A DNA stretch of 64,000 bases from Candidatus Bathyarchaeia archaeon (GCA_049512935.1 JBEKWR010000003.1:111025-175024); one strand, 5' to 3'. Counted from the first letter of the stretch, positions 1-10,479 are shown. Notes: generated from the letters alone by a model not told the origin. A program made the numbers and translations.

Positions 1-663
1 GTTGACCCGACAACTTACAGCGACTTCATAGGTGAAGCTGTTGAACCCTACTCGTTCATGAAGTTCCCGTACTTCAAAGCGGTCGGGTACCCAGACGGTT
101 TCTATCGTGTCGGACCCTTAGCGCGAATGAACGTTGCGTCACACTGCGGCACGCCTCTTGCAGACTTGGAGCTTAAGGAGTTCAAGAAGTTGGGCAGGAA
201 CGGCGTTGTCCAAAGCACCTTCCATTACCACTACGCGCGGCTGATTGAGTTGCTGTTCTGCGTTGAAAAGGCGAAGGAGCTGCTGGAAGACCCAGAGATT
301 CTCTCCGAGCACGTTACGTCGAAGGCTTTGGTGAACCATTACGAGGGCGTCGGCGTGGCTGAGGCGCCAAGAGGCACCCTTATTCATCATTACAAGGTCG
401 ACAAGGAAGGCATGATAACTTGGAACAACATGATCATCGCGACGGAGCACAACAACATCGCCTACAACAGGGCGGTAACTCAGGTTGCAAAGAAGTACGT
501 GAAGGCGAAGACGCTTGAGGAAGGCATGCTTAACCGCGTTGAAGCCGTAATCCGCGCTTTCGACCCGTGCCTGAGCTGCGCGACCCACGCGGTCGGTCAG
601 ATGCCGCTGGACATAAAACTGTTCGACGCCGACGGCAAGCTGGTTGACCGCAAGGTCAGGTAA
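1..663 (+). CDS. [NiFe]-hydrogenase large subunit, group 3 (MvhA/HoxH-like), 5'-truncated by the window edge
   Basis: Open from base 1; YRVGPLAR, EAPRGTLIHHY and C-terminal L2 motif RAFDPCLSCATH followed by a cleavable extension. Confidence 0.92.
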   Translation, partial: VDPTTYSDFIGEAVEPYSFMKFPYFKAVGYPDGFYRVGPLARMNVASHCGTPLADLELKEFKKLGRNGVVQSTFHYHYARLIELLFCVEKAKELLEDPEILSEHVTSKALVNHYEGVGVAEAPRGTLIHHYKVDKEGMITWNNMIIATEHNNIAYNRAVTQVAKKYVKAKTLEEGMLNRVEAVIRAFDPCLSCATHAVGQMPLDIKLFDADGKLVDRKVR

Positions 664-996
664 GCCGCTCTCCTTTTCCTCTTTCTTTTCAACCATTTTT
701 ACAATGGGTTTTTGTTGTAAATAGTAGACCCCCTCCCCTCTGTCAGCTTGATTTGACGGGGCTTGCTTCTTGTTGGTTTTTTGGTTCTGACTAAAATCCA
801 TGCAGAATCAACTGCCGCGAAACGCATGAAAGGGAGGTTTTTTCGGCTTGAGTTTTGGAATATTCCAAAACATTTTTTTGGAAATACAGCAATCCCGATT
901 TTCGGATAGCAATCTCTGCTGCACAACACCTCAAGCGGCTCATGCGTCTCGCATCAAAGCTTTTAAGCCCACAACTCACAGTAGCATGCGGTACCT

Positions 997-1584
997 ATGG
1001 GATTCCTAAAGAAGCTGGAAGAGCATTTAGTCGCTCCAAAAGCAGACGTCAACCTGCAACTCACCGACCAATACGCCGTCTTGGGCGACAATTTGGAAGG
1101 AATGTTCACGGTTACGCCGCACGAAGACATAGAGGCAGATGAAATCCGCTGCGAAATCAAATGCACGGAAACCGCGCAGGTCACGCGAACCGAGTATGAC
1201 CCTGCGCTCAAGATGGTGGTTAAGCGGCAAGTAACCGAAAATCGGGTTCTCTACCAAGCAAAACCCCCATGCAACCCAGCCACCCATCTAGCTAACGGCG
1301 TCAGCAACGCCTTTAGGTTCAGCGTAGGCATCCCCGCTGGTGCACGCCCAACCTTCATGTCCGCAGGCGACACGGTTCAGTGGGAAATCAAAGGAGTCGT
1401 CGCCGTCCACGGAAGACCCGACGTAACCACCAAAGAGATTCAGTTCCAAGTCATACCGCAAAACGAAAAACCAGCAAACGAACCGCCAGAAGCACGGCTT
1501 GTCGCATGCCAATACTGCCAAACGGAAATGCCTGAAACCACGCTTACCTGCCCAAACTGCGGAGCAAGAAGAACCGCCCAATAA
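997..1584 (+). CDS. Arrestin/SpoOM-like beta-sandwich protein with C-terminal zinc ribbon
   Basis: Beta-rich pattern with FSVGIPAGARPT and WEIKGVV; C-terminal CQYC...CPNCG. Confidence 0.6.
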   Translation: MGFLKKLEEHLVAPKADVNLQLTDQYAVLGDNLEGMFTVTPHEDIEADEIRCEIKCTETAQVTRTEYDPALKMVVKRQVTENRVLYQAKPPCNPATHLANGVSNAFRFSVGIPAGARPTFMSAGDTVQWEIKGVVAVHGRPDVTTKEIQFQVIPQNEKPANEPPEARLVACQYCQTEMPETTLTCPNCGARRTAQ

Positions 1585-1607
1585 ACCATAATTTCCCATA
1601 TTTCCCG

Positions 1608-1845
1608 ATGCCAAGAGGAGCCATCATAAAGAATTCTGAATGCACAATCCACATCATGTTCAAAGGCAGATGGACACAGAAGTTCCGAAGGGAAGCGGAT
1701 GGCTGAAAAGAATACAGCCAGAACGGCACAGTTCGCCCATGCACCGCGGAACAGTTCATCTCCCCATATCCTTCCTCCCTTGGCTGGAATTTAAGGACCA
1801 GACGTCACGGTCAAAGCCGCGCACGATTCAAAAACCAAGTCGTAG
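1608..1845 (+). pseudogene. Possible degraded small gene
   Basis: ATG 1608 reads MPRGAIIKNSECTIHIMFKGRWTQKFRREADG*KEYSQNGTVRPCTAEQFIS, then needs a frameshift to reach HILPPLAGI; in-frame TGA at 1704. Confidence 0.3.
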
Positions 1846-2089
1846 ATATGTGGTGCGACCTATATAACGAGAAAAAATTACTTCAAAACGTCCCCTTTTC
1901 TTTCTGAGCGATTGTGTTTACGTTGCAGAAGATTGTTTCAAACCCGCTCTTTTTGTTGTAATGTCTCCATTCTCCACGCTTCTATTTTTGCCCTGTTGAC
2001 CTTTCTTAGGAATTTTTTAATCAGTACGTATTTTGCGTTAAACCCCAAATTATTTATAGGTGTTACAAAGCGTTATAACATGGAGAACC

Positions 2090-2527
2090 ATGTCTGTAAA
2101 CATGACGTGTAAAGATTTCATTTTGGCAACTGTTCTCAATTCTGGAGGCACTTTTGAATCAGCCACAAAATTGCAGAAATTAGCTTTTCTTTCAATCTAT
2201 GAAAATGGAATGGAATGTTTCGCTGAATTCCATTGGCATTATTACGGGCCATTCTCCAGAGAGTTGGAAGATGCAATAGAAGACTTGAAGCGAGAAGAAT
2301 TGTTGGTTGAGCAATCATTAAACCGAACCAGTTACTCTGGAAACGAGTACACAGTAAAAAAGCTCAGTCTTACACCTAGGGGAAAGGCCGTTGCCAGTAT
2401 TATAATAACTGAAATGAGCGCAAAAAACAAGGCAGCTCTAGATGATACGATGGATGAATATGGCAGTAAGCCCTTAAGCAAGATACTTGAGTATGTATAC
2501 AATGCATATAATCCAGAAGATCTGTAG
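2090..2527 (+). CDS. YwgA/Panacea (DUF4065)-like winged-helix protein, putative antitoxin
   Basis: TKLQKLAF...FHWHYYGPFS signature; GGAG before ATG 2090; AT-rich. Confidence 0.65.
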   Translation: MSVNMTCKDFILATVLNSGGTFESATKLQKLAFLSIYENGMECFAEFHWHYYGPFSRELEDAIEDLKREELLVEQSLNRTSYSGNEYTVKKLSLTPRGKAVASIIITEMSAKNKAALDDTMDEYGSKPLSKILEYVYNAYNPEDL

Positions 2528-2539
2528 GCGGGGATTTTT

Positions 2540-3106
2540 GTGCAACTAATTGAACTGCAGGGTTTGCTTCAAGACTACTCCTTGCATTACTTTGTCAGCA
2601 CGTCCAGGGTCCTTGAGGTAGACGAGAAGCGACTAATTTGCGACACTGAAAAATCATTGACCTCTGAAGTAAGAAATTATTTGTCGAATTTGACTGACTT
2701 AATAACCCATACACATGAATTTGTCAGCGAGAATGCTCTAAGTGTGCGTTCTTACCTATCAAGACTAATAGGAACTGCTGAATCGCTAAAAACATTGGTG
2801 CAACAATGCGAAGATACGTCAAATGTTTTTGAAAGTGAGCTAAAATGGGTTAAAGCCTTGGCTGTTCGAGGAATGATTACGATATTGAATAATATCGTTC
2901 AAGAACTATCAATTGTAAGAAACCAATTAAAGAATTCGCGACTTGTGAGGAAAGCCAGAGATAAGGTTTGCATGATTATCTGGGAAAAAATCCCACAAAT
3001 ATTTAACATTTTATCCATAATGATTGGAATCGAGATGGGCCAGTCTTCGCCATCTGAGATCGTTGATGCGATAGGCAATGGTCTTGTTATTTCCGAGATA
3101 ACTTAG
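2540..3106 (+). CDS. Hypothetical helical protein, middle gene of AT-rich operon
   Basis: 188-aa ORF with 10-12 bp gaps to neighbours. Confidence 0.7.
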   Translation: MQLIELQGLLQDYSLHYFVSTSRVLEVDEKRLICDTEKSLTSEVRNYLSNLTDLITHTHEFVSENALSVRSYLSRLIGTAESLKTLVQQCEDTSNVFESELKWVKALAVRGMITILNNIVQELSIVRNQLKNSRLVRKARDKVCMIIWEKIPQIFNILSIMIGIEMGQSSPSEIVDAIGNGLVISEIT

Positions 3107-3116
3107 AGGCAAATAG

Positions 3117-3905
3117 ATGACCAATGAGCTGAAATTCGTTCCTGACTCCCAAATTATCTATCCTAGCATTTTCTTGGCTTCAAGTACGAAAATCAGCTTC
3201 CGTGCTTGTCAATATAGGGATTGCTTTAATATTTTAAAAGAGCATTACAACTATGTAATTTTACCCGCAAGCAAAAGTGATTTCAGCACCCTTATCCTAA
3301 AGAAATTTCGCAGATTTCTTGAAATTGTCGAAAATGAAATCTCAAAAGCTAGACAAAATAAGTCTACGGAAATAGAGTTTTACAAAAAGACCTACGGCCT
3401 GTTGAAAAGTTTAGATGCTTTCGGTAAAAGTTTAGGCGATTTGCTTCTATTCTGGGATGCTAACAAAGAAATCTTTTGGTCATTCGTTTCTTTAGATTAC
3501 GTTCTAACGCAAACCAGAATGACAAACATGACGCTTGAAAAAATGGCCGAGTTTTCCAAAATATGTAGAGGTCATGAGGAACAGTTCAGCGAAGAAGAGG
3601 CAAGCTTGAGTCAAGGTCTTTACCTTGTAATAAAAGAAGCCAGAGATAAAAAGTTAGTAACTAGCTTTGCCAATGACGCCGACTTGTTGATTCTTGCGGA
3701 CTGTTTTGTTTACAAAAATATGCGATTCTTTGAAGGCTTCATGTATTTGGTTACAGGGGATGATGGCTTACACAGAATTGCTGAAGAAATTGTGAAAAAG
3801 CCAAAAACCATTTTCCCCGATGATTTTACGGATACAGACAGATACGTGGGCTTTGAGCCATTAAAACCTGATTTATTCCTTACTCGATTCAAAAAGCCGA
3901 AATAG
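3117..3905 (+). CDS. Divergent PIN-like domain protein
   Basis: N-terminal FVPDS and C-terminal DADLLILAD...LVTGD acidic motifs, with a long helical insert. Confidence 0.55.
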   Translation: MTNELKFVPDSQIIYPSIFLASSTKISFRACQYRDCFNILKEHYNYVILPASKSDFSTLILKKFRRFLEIVENEISKARQNKSTEIEFYKKTYGLLKSLDAFGKSLGDLLLFWDANKEIFWSFVSLDYVLTQTRMTNMTLEKMAEFSKICRGHEEQFSEEEASLSQGLYLVIKEARDKKLVTSFANDADLLILADCFVYKNMRFFEGFMYLVTGDDGLHRIAEEIVKKPKTIFPDDFTDTDRYVGFEPLKPDLFLTRFKKPK

Positions 3906-3969
3906 CTGTTTATGTCTGTTGGTTAGACACAAACTGAGTTTTTTGTTCAACATCCCCCTACTTATGGGA

Positions 3970-5265
3970 TTACGACGTTTCTTGACGCAGTGTTTCTCTA
4001 CGGCTCTGTGTCACAGCAATGGCAATAGAAAGCACAGCGAGGAACGGGGGCAGGATTACTAGCACTGGAAACTCTGGAACAAGAGTTGAAGTTGCCTGAT
4101 TTGTCTCATTCGTTGTGGCGTACATTAAGACGGCGGTGTAGCGTGCGCCCGAGGCTGTGCGGTAGCTGATGTGTGGGTTGCCGCTGGCGTCTAATGCTAG
4201 CCAGCAGGGTCCATTGGCTGAAGTGTTTGAGCTTATGGTTTGAATGTTCCACGCGCTGCCTGAATAGGAGGCATACATGGGAACTCCGTCTGAATTGATG
4301 TAGCAGAAGTGGGGGTTACCATGCGAGTCTAAAACCAACTGGCCGACTGGATTGTCATCTCCTAAGCTGACCTTTGAAGCCACGGTCTGCGAAATCCAAA
4401 CAGTACCGTTGAAACTGGCATAAAGTATTGTGCTAAGAGTGGTTGAGTTTTGGTAAGGCTGCGTGTAAATGAAGTGCGGATAGCCCTTAGAATCGACAAC
4501 CACGTTTCCGAGATTAGCTGATGAGGGAGGCAACGGAATAGTTTGGGTATTCCAACTTGAGTTTTGGTATTTTGCAAGCTTGATAGCGCTGGAATTGGAC
4601 GTTAAGCTATACATTATGTACGGCGTATTGTTTGAGCCCAACGCGAAAGAAAACGTTGAAAAACTGTCGTTCATGTTACTGTATATGGTTTGGGTAGTCC
4701 AGCTTGTCCCTGTCCAGCTTGCATAATCCAACGCGCTGCCTAACCAAGTTACACCATATTGCAATTCAACGCCAGTAGTGTAAGCGATGTGTGGATTGCC
4801 AGATGAATCCAATGCGAGCGCTGCAGAACCTGCGTAAGATATGCCCGTGTTTTGGATGTCCCAGCCATTTCCGTTCCAACTAGCAATCTTTAAAGGGTCA
4901 ATTGGAGCCCCAAGAGGGCTTGTATTATACAATATATGTGGGTAACCGTTTGCATCGAAAACAAGACTGAAAACAACGAAAACATAACCCGAGCCATCAA
5001 CAGTTTGGTTGATCCAACCTGAACCGTTACTGCTTGTGTAAATCAAAGAATTTGTGCCAGAGGGAAAATCCATGTAGGCTATGTGGGTGACATTGTTTGA
5101 ATCTACTGCAATGGGGCAACCGCCGCCAGCCCACGCATCTTCATCCAAAGTTTGAACGTTCCAAGCCTGTTCAGACTTGGCTGAAACCGCCGATGGCAAA
5201 ACGGCTAACGAAATCAGGAACGAGGCGATAAGAATTGAAGCGTAAGTTTTGCTTCTGTTGCTCAT
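3970..5265 (-). CDS. Secreted/surface beta-propeller repeat protein with PEF-CTERM-like anchor
   Basis: Signal peptide; repeats LxLDSxGNPHIxY...YASWxGxxWxxQT; C-terminal VPEF + TM + RR. Confidence 0.85.
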   Translation of the reverse strand: MSNRSKTYASILIASFLISLAVLPSAVSAKSEQAWNVQTLDEDAWAGGGCPIAVDSNNVTHIAYMDFPSGTNSLIYTSSNGSGWINQTVDGSGYVFVVFSLVFDANGYPHILYNTSPLGAPIDPLKIASWNGNGWDIQNTGISYAGSAALALDSSGNPHIAYTTGVELQYGVTWLGSALDYASWTGTSWTTQTIYSNMNDSFSTFSFALGSNNTPYIMYSLTSNSSAIKLAKYQNSSWNTQTIPLPPSSANLGNVVVDSKGYPHFIYTQPYQNSTTLSTILYASFNGTVWISQTVASKVSLGDDNPVGQLVLDSHGNPHFCYINSDGVPMYASYSGSAWNIQTISSNTSANGPCWLALDASGNPHISYRTASGARYTAVLMYATTNETNQATSTLVPEFPVLVILPPFLAVLSIAIAVTQSRRETLRQETS

Positions 5266-5302
5266 GGCTTCTATTAGAAAGGTCTGTTGTTAAAAGGTTA
5301 TT

Positions 5303-5344
5303 CGTTAAGGGTTCTTGACTGGTTTTAGTCAAGTTTTTTTGACT
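5303..5344 (-). promoter_or_regulatory. Phased TTGAC half-site array (motif A) upstream of TATA
   Basis: cgttaa-gggttc-TTGACT-ggtttt-AGTCAA-gttttt-TTGACT; TATA-like element at about 5290-5295. Confidence 0.8.
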
Positions 5345-5370
5345 TAACTCAAAGTCGCTCTACGAGAAAT

Positions 5371-6354
5371 TTACGTTCGGGTGCTTCTTTGCCGCATCAT
5401 TGCAATGACTCCAGCCAACGCGCCGATAACAAATGCCATTATAGCGATGACGGCAATCACGGCGACGAGCCATCCTTGAACGTCGAGTCCGCTGCCCTTG
5501 GGTTGGGTGAGCGCTTGCGGCGCATTGGCTGTTGTTGTTGGAGTTGCGGTTGGGTTCTGTGTGGGGGTGGCTGTTGTGGTTTCGTTTTCGGGTGTGACTT
5601 GTGTTACTTGGCAGTTCGAGCAGTTGGTGTCGTTGTATGCTGGGGTCATCGTGATTTGCCAAGGGCAGCTTGTGCAGGAACTATCTGAGGAGAAGGCATC
5701 CGTGGGCAGTATAATGCTGACTTTCTGTGTTGCGCCATCTGCGGTTTGCTCGTGGAAGCTGAGCAGGATCGGGTAGGGCGGGTAATCCTCGTTGACCATA
5801 AGGAAGTACTGGCTGGGGTAGGGTGAACCCGAGTTCGGCGGCGGATCTTGGACGATGCCGTAGTGAATTGTGCAGTTGGGCAGTTGATACGTGAAGGTCC
5901 CGATGAAGTACGAGGCGACTTGGGGAGACGCGGTCGGACTGGGCGCCGGGGTGGAAGAGGGGAATCCGCCGTTTAGCCAGTGCATCGTGATCTGCGTGGG
6001 GAAGCCGGTGCATCCTATCGAGGTGGAGAATCCGTCGGTCGGCAAAGTCATGGTCATGTTCTGCACTGCGCCTGATCTGTCTGCTTCGAGGAAACAGATC
6101 TGGATCGGCTGGGGCGGGTAGTCTTCGTAAACCACGATGTTGTAGGCGTATGGGTTAATGGCGTCGGCGTCGGGCGGAGGCATCTGTATAATCGTATAGT
6201 TTAACGCGTAGCCAGGCAGCGTGTAGGTGTAGACTGGGCCGACTTGGTTTGGCTCTATCGGAGGTGAATACGCCGAGGCAAAACTTGTCGCGAGAAGTGC
6301 GGTGGCAAAGAGCAGAAGGGCTGTGGCGGTTGCGGTTTTGATGTTTTTAGTCAT
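5371..6354 (-). CDS. Secreted membrane-anchored protein with two internally repeated ~95-aa domains
   Basis: Signal peptide; YTYTLP..EDYPP..LPTDGFS repeated as FTYQLP..EDYPP..LPTDAFS; P/T linker; C-terminal TM. Confidence 0.8.
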   Translation of the reverse strand: MTKNIKTATATALLLFATALLATSFASAYSPPIEPNQVGPVYTYTLPGYALNYTIIQMPPPDADAINPYAYNIVVYEDYPPQPIQICFLEADRSGAVQNMTMTLPTDGFSTSIGCTGFPTQITMHWLNGGFPSSTPAPSPTASPQVASYFIGTFTYQLPNCTIHYGIVQDPPPNSGSPYPSQYFLMVNEDYPPYPILLSFHEQTADGATQKVSIILPTDAFSSDSSCTSCPWQITMTPAYNDTNCSNCQVTQVTPENETTTATPTQNPTATPTTTANAPQALTQPKGSGLDVQGWLVAVIAVIAIMAFVIGALAGVIAMMRQRSTRT

Positions 6355-6401
6355 GGCTACCAACAATGCTGCATGGCGCTGGAACGCTATAAAAACGTGT
6401 T

Positions 6402-6443
6402 CGTTAAGGTTTCTTGACCACTGTTAGTCAACATTTCTTGACT
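6402..6443 (-). promoter_or_regulatory. Motif A copy 2
   Basis: cgttaa-ggtttc-TTGACC-actgtt-AGTCAA-catttc-TTGACT; tataaaaa at 6388-6395. Confidence 0.8.
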
Positions 6444-6595
6444 GACTCTTTGAATGCAAAGAGTGGCATACACTTGCTAAGGAAAAGGACTGTTGCCTTC
6501 CATTGACTTAACTTATCGGTTTTTCGATGCCTAAGTATCGCGGCAGCAGAGATTACGCGCTAGCTGAGCTCCCAAGGGCGTCCAAGCTAATCACT

Positions 6596-8284
6596 CTACA
6601 ACTCGGGGAGGCGGCTCTTTGCTCTTGTCGTCTTTGTTATTAATTTAAGCACAACTAAAAGTGTTGCCGCGGTGGCTACGCCACCAGCTACTCCATAGAT
6701 TACTTCCAAAAGTGAACTTGACTGCGCAGATGTTCGGCTAGGTGAAATTGTTGGATTTGGCGATGAAGAGGTTTTAGTGAAGACAATGTCTATTTGATGC
6801 GTGCTGAAATGCGTTGAAAACCACACGTAGTAGTTGTCGCCATCTTGTGTGTACCCTTGGATTGAGGCTGGCTGACCATCGATGTAGACTATTGGTGTGG
6901 TTCCGTTGAGAACTGCACTTATTGGGATAGTTATGTTACCGAAACCCATGGTCCCGCTTTCCCCAGTTACAGTAAAAGACACAGTTGTTGAGTTGTTAGG
7001 TTGGTTTGTTGTGATTGTTACATTGGATATTTGGGCGCTTGTTATGTTTCCGCTGATTGCAAGGTCGATTGTTGAGCCATTGTCTGTTGTGGCGGGCAAA
7101 GTTGTTGATGATATTGGCGGTGTTGATGAGGGTGTAGGTGAAGAAGCAGCCGCGCCCAGAGCATAAATGTTGTCAGAATCAGACCCTAAGTAAACTACCC
7201 CGTCAACAACAGCAGGAGACGAAATAACACCAAAATAAGTGGCATTCCAGAGTTGGTCACCGTTAGAGGCATCCAAAGCGTAAATTGAACCGCATTGACC
7301 GCCAACGTAGACTGCTCCGCCGGCGATAACAGGAGAAGCAGAAATATTGGCGGCAACAGTGCAATTCCAGATTTGCGAACCGCTGGAAGCATCCAAGGCA
7401 TAAACGTGTCCTGACATTGACGCGATGTAAGCTATGCCGTTAAAAACAGCAGGAGAACCCTCAACGTCAGTGCCAAAAGAGTAACTCCAGATTTCAGCGC
7501 CGCTAGCAGCGTTCAAAGCATAAGCTATGCCTTGCTCAACTGAGCCTCCGTACACTCCGTAGACTACGCCGTTAACCACAATAGGAGACGACCAAACATA
7601 GGCGCCGCCAGTAGAATAACTCCAAAGTTTTGCGCCATCGGCAGCATTCAAAGCATAAATGGCGCCGTCATCAAATGAGCCTATATAGACAACATTAGCG
7701 ACAACGGCAGGCGACGAAACAACGCCGCTGAGGGGGTAGCTCCAGAGCCTTGCACCGTTATTAGCATTCAAAGCATAAAGGTTGCCGTCCTCGGAGCCCA
7801 CGTAGACTACACCGTTAACAACAGCAGGAGACGAATAAACGGAGGCGCCGGTGGAGTAATTCCAAAGTTTAGCACCGTTAGCCGCATTTAAAGCATAAAC
7901 GTTGTCATCAAATGAGCCAATGTAAACTACGCCATCAACAACAGCGGGCGATGACCGCACCACGCCGCCAGTGGTATAGCTCCAAAGCACCACGCCGTTG
8001 GTCGCGTTTAAAGCGTAGACGTTGCCGTCATCCGCGCCTGTGTAAACCACGCCATTAACAACTGCAGGAGACGAATCAAACTGATCGCTCTGATGGATGT
8101 CATTTTCACCGCCGTTGTAATCCCAAAGTATAGCGGGAGAAAGCGGCGGATTCCCTGTTCCAACGTTGCTGTGAGAAGGACCCGCGCCGTACATTGCCCA
8201 GTCTGCCTTTGCAAACGGGATCAAAATCAAGCTGAAAAGAAAAATAAAGCAGACAATTCCTGTCAAAACGCTTAACCTGTTCAT
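6596..8284 (-). CDS. PQQ-like (BamB-type) beta-propeller surface protein with C-terminal FSTH-type domain and TM anchor
   Basis: Many SSPAVVxGVVYxGS.DG.VYALNA..GAxLW repeats; signal peptide; C-terminal TM. Confidence 0.9.
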   Translation of the reverse strand: MNRLSVLTGIVCFIFLFSLILIPFAKADWAMYGAGPSHSNVGTGNPPLSPAILWDYNGGENDIHQSDQFDSSPAVVNGVVYTGADDGNVYALNATNGVVLWSYTTGGVVRSSPAVVDGVVYIGSFDDNVYALNAANGAKLWNYSTGASVYSSPAVVNGVVYVGSEDGNLYALNANNGARLWSYPLSGVVSSPAVVANVVYIGSFDDGAIYALNAADGAKLWSYSTGGAYVWSSPIVVNGVVYGVYGGSVEQGIAYALNAASGAEIWSYSFGTDVEGSPAVFNGIAYIASMSGHVYALDASSGSQIWNCTVAANISASPVIAGGAVYVGGQCGSIYALDASNGDQLWNATYFGVISSPAVVDGVVYLGSDSDNIYALGAAASSPTPSSTPPISSTTLPATTDNGSTIDLAISGNITSAQISNVTITTNQPNNSTTVSFTVTGESGTMGFGNITIPISAVLNGTTPIVYIDGQPASIQGYTQDGDNYYVWFSTHFSTHQIDIVFTKTSSSPNPTISPSRTSAQSSSLLEVIYGVAGGVATAATLLVVLKLITKTTRAKSRLPEL

Positions 8285-8364
8285 TTTAAATCCCTTCTTG
8301 CCTTCTTTTGCTCCGCTCTGAATCGCATGTATGCTGTTAAGATTGGTTTGGTTAAAAGGCTATC

Positions 8365-8406
8365 CGTAAAGGTTTCTTGACTGATTTTAGTCAACATTTC
8401 TTGACT
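8365..8406 (-). promoter_or_regulatory. Motif A copy 3
   Basis: cgtaaa-ggtttc-TTGACT-gatttt-AGTCAA-catttc-TTGACT; ttaaaa at 8352-8357. Confidence 0.8.
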
Positions 8407-9035
8407 GAGCCGCATCAAACAGGTTTATGGATGCACTTCAGAAAAATATCGATAATTTTTTTTCGTGTTAAGGCTCGCTATGGGCAATCGTTTTGGCGCT
8501 ATATTGTTTCTGATATAGCAGTGCATGTGAACTAAACTTATAAGCAAAAAAGGAGCGTTAAGATAACTTGCCGTTCGAAATGTCCGAACGTGAGAGAGGG
8601 GGAGCGTCACGAACCAAGGCGATGATGGTAGGGAAGAAAGAAAGTACCGAATCGATATCGGAGCTTTTGGAAGCATCAGCGTTGAAGCGCCCACTAAAAA
8701 GGAGTGTTTGGAGCTTTTCAAGGAAGTTACGCGGACAAGGCGTGATTCAAGGATAGAAGAAGCGATAAGATAACCGGTTTTACCAGTGCACGAGCAAAGC
8801 ATTGTGTCGACAACCCATTTTTGTACGGTTTCTACGGTGAAAACCCGAGAATTCTAATCAGCTAAGCATCCAGCTGGCGAAAAAACGGCAGTTAACGTGC
8901 CAGAACCCTTTAAAATAACAAGACTTGAAATATGGGCGAATATCCTTTGGGTTTACTTAACCTTTAAATGGTTGACTTGGACATTTTGGGTAAATAAGCA
9001 CGTATGGTGCTTCCTACCAGTCAGGTGGATTATGC

Positions 9036-9596
9036 ATGACTGAGACAGCTGTGGTAAGTCCTTCAGGCAAAGAACCGATCAAAGCGTCTGAGCTAGACCC
9101 CAAGTTCAAGTACGAACTGCTCAAGATGCATGGAAGCGAAAAAATCCTCAAATGCTTCCAGTGTGGAACATGCACCTCTGACTGTCCCGTAGCAAGGTAC
9201 AGCGACAGTTACCGCCCGAGAACCCTCATCCACATGGCTCAACTCGGCTTGAAAGACCGAGTGCTTAAAAGCGACACTTTATGGCTTTGTGCGGCGTGCT
9301 TCACCTGCACTGACCGTTGCCCCCAAGATGTCGAAGTGGCAAGCGTAATTCGCGTTTTCAGAAACTTAGCCGTCGAAAACGGCTGCATACCCCAAGTCTT
9401 CAAAGATCAAACCGCAAGCCTGCTTGAATCAGGCTACGCCTACAAGATTCCCGATTTAAGAATAAAAAAACGCGAATCCCAAGGGCTTCCGCCCCTGCCG
9501 AAAGGCAACTGCGAAAACGTCAAGAAGGCGCTTAAAGGCGTGAAATTTATAGAATCCGTCCAGAAACCCGCAGGAGGACAGCCCAATGGGCAATAA
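9036..9596 (+). CDS. hdrC: Heterodisulfide reductase subunit C
   Basis: Two CxxCxxCxxxCP 4Fe-4S motifs, LWLC; overlaps hdrB start. Confidence 0.9.
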   Translation: MTETAVVSPSGKEPIKASELDPKFKYELLKMHGSEKILKCFQCGTCTSDCPVARYSDSYRPRTLIHMAQLGLKDRVLKSDTLWLCAACFTCTDRCPQDVEVASVIRVFRNLAVENGCIPQVFKDQTASLLESGYAYKIPDLRIKKRESQGLPPLPKGNCENVKKALKGVKFIESVQKPAGGQPNGQ

Positions 9597-10479
9597 GTTC
9601 CTGCTTTTCCTCGGCTGCGCCATCCCTTACCGCGTTTCAGCCTACGAGATTTCCGCTCGGAAAGTTCTGGCTAAGCTCGGCGTTGAGCTGGTTGAGATGC
9701 CTGAGTTCAACTGCTGCGGTTTACCTTTCGACCCAGTCAGTCATGAAACCATGCTTGTTTTGGCGGCGAAAAACTTGGCGCTGGCGGAACGGGAAGGACT
9801 CAACATTCTCACGCTTTGCCCAGGCTGCGCTGGCTCACTCAAGAAAACTAACAAGATCCTCAAAGAAGACAAAGCTCTGAAAGAGGAAATTAACAGTCAC
9901 CTGAGAGAGGTCGGGTTGGAGTTCAAAGGAACCGTTGAGGCAAAGCATCTTTTGCAGTTTCTGAAGGAAGATGTCGGCGTGGAAAAAATCAAGGCGTCCG
10001 TCACCAGACCGCTCAGCATGCTTAAGGTTGCTGAACACAACGGCTGCCACATTCTGAGGCCTAAAGAGTACATCGGCTTTGACGACCCAGAGGACCCGCA
10101 GACACTAAAAATGCTTATCGAAGCAACTGGAGCAACCTGCCTCGACTACATCGACGAAACCGAATGCTGCGGAGCCCCAAGCGTAGGAGTCAGCGACAAA
10201 ATCGCCCTGCAGCTCGCAAGAGACAAGCTTAACCACGTTAAAATGGTTGAAGCGCAAGCGCTAATCACAATCTGCCCATTCTGCCACATAATGTACGACA
10301 CAAACGAGCTAAGAATAGAGAAAACGTTTAATGAAACCTATGGCATTCCCATACTCCACTACCCACAATTACTCGGCTTAGCAATGGGGTTAACCCCTGA
10401 AGAGTTAGCCTTCGGCGAACTCCGAGTAAACGCATCAAAAATAATAAAGCAAGTAACCGAGTGTGTGAACAAACCATGA
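9586..10479 (+). CDS. hdrB: Heterodisulfide reductase subunit B
   Basis: Two CCG domains (FLGC, NCCG, CPGC; HNGCH, ECCG, CPFCH), HYPQLLGLAMG. Confidence 0.93.
   Translation: MGNKFLLFLGCAIPYRVSAYEISARKVLAKLGVELVEMPEFNCCGLPFDPVSHETMLVLAAKNLALAEREGLNILTLCPGCAGSLKKTNKILKEDKALKEEINSHLREVGLEFKGTVEAKHLLQFLKEDVGVEKIKASVTRPLSMLKVAEHNGCHILRPKEYIGFDDPEDPQTLKMLIEATGATCLDYIDETECCGAPSVGVSDKIALQLARDKLNHVKMVEAQALITICPFCHIMYDTNELRIEKTFNETYGIPILHYPQLLGLAMGLTPEELAFGELRVNASKIIKQVTECVNKP

Noticed and set aside
139-801. Long antisense ORFs (also 16506..17126, 17653..18153, 20294..20962, 39086..39619)
   Set aside because: They lie opposite well-supported conserved genes and show no protein motifs
1704-1706. In-frame TGA as selenocysteine or other recoding
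   Set aside because: The context suggests Trp-to-stop decay, with a further frameshift and stop downstream. The hydrogenase and Hdr genes here use Cys codons.
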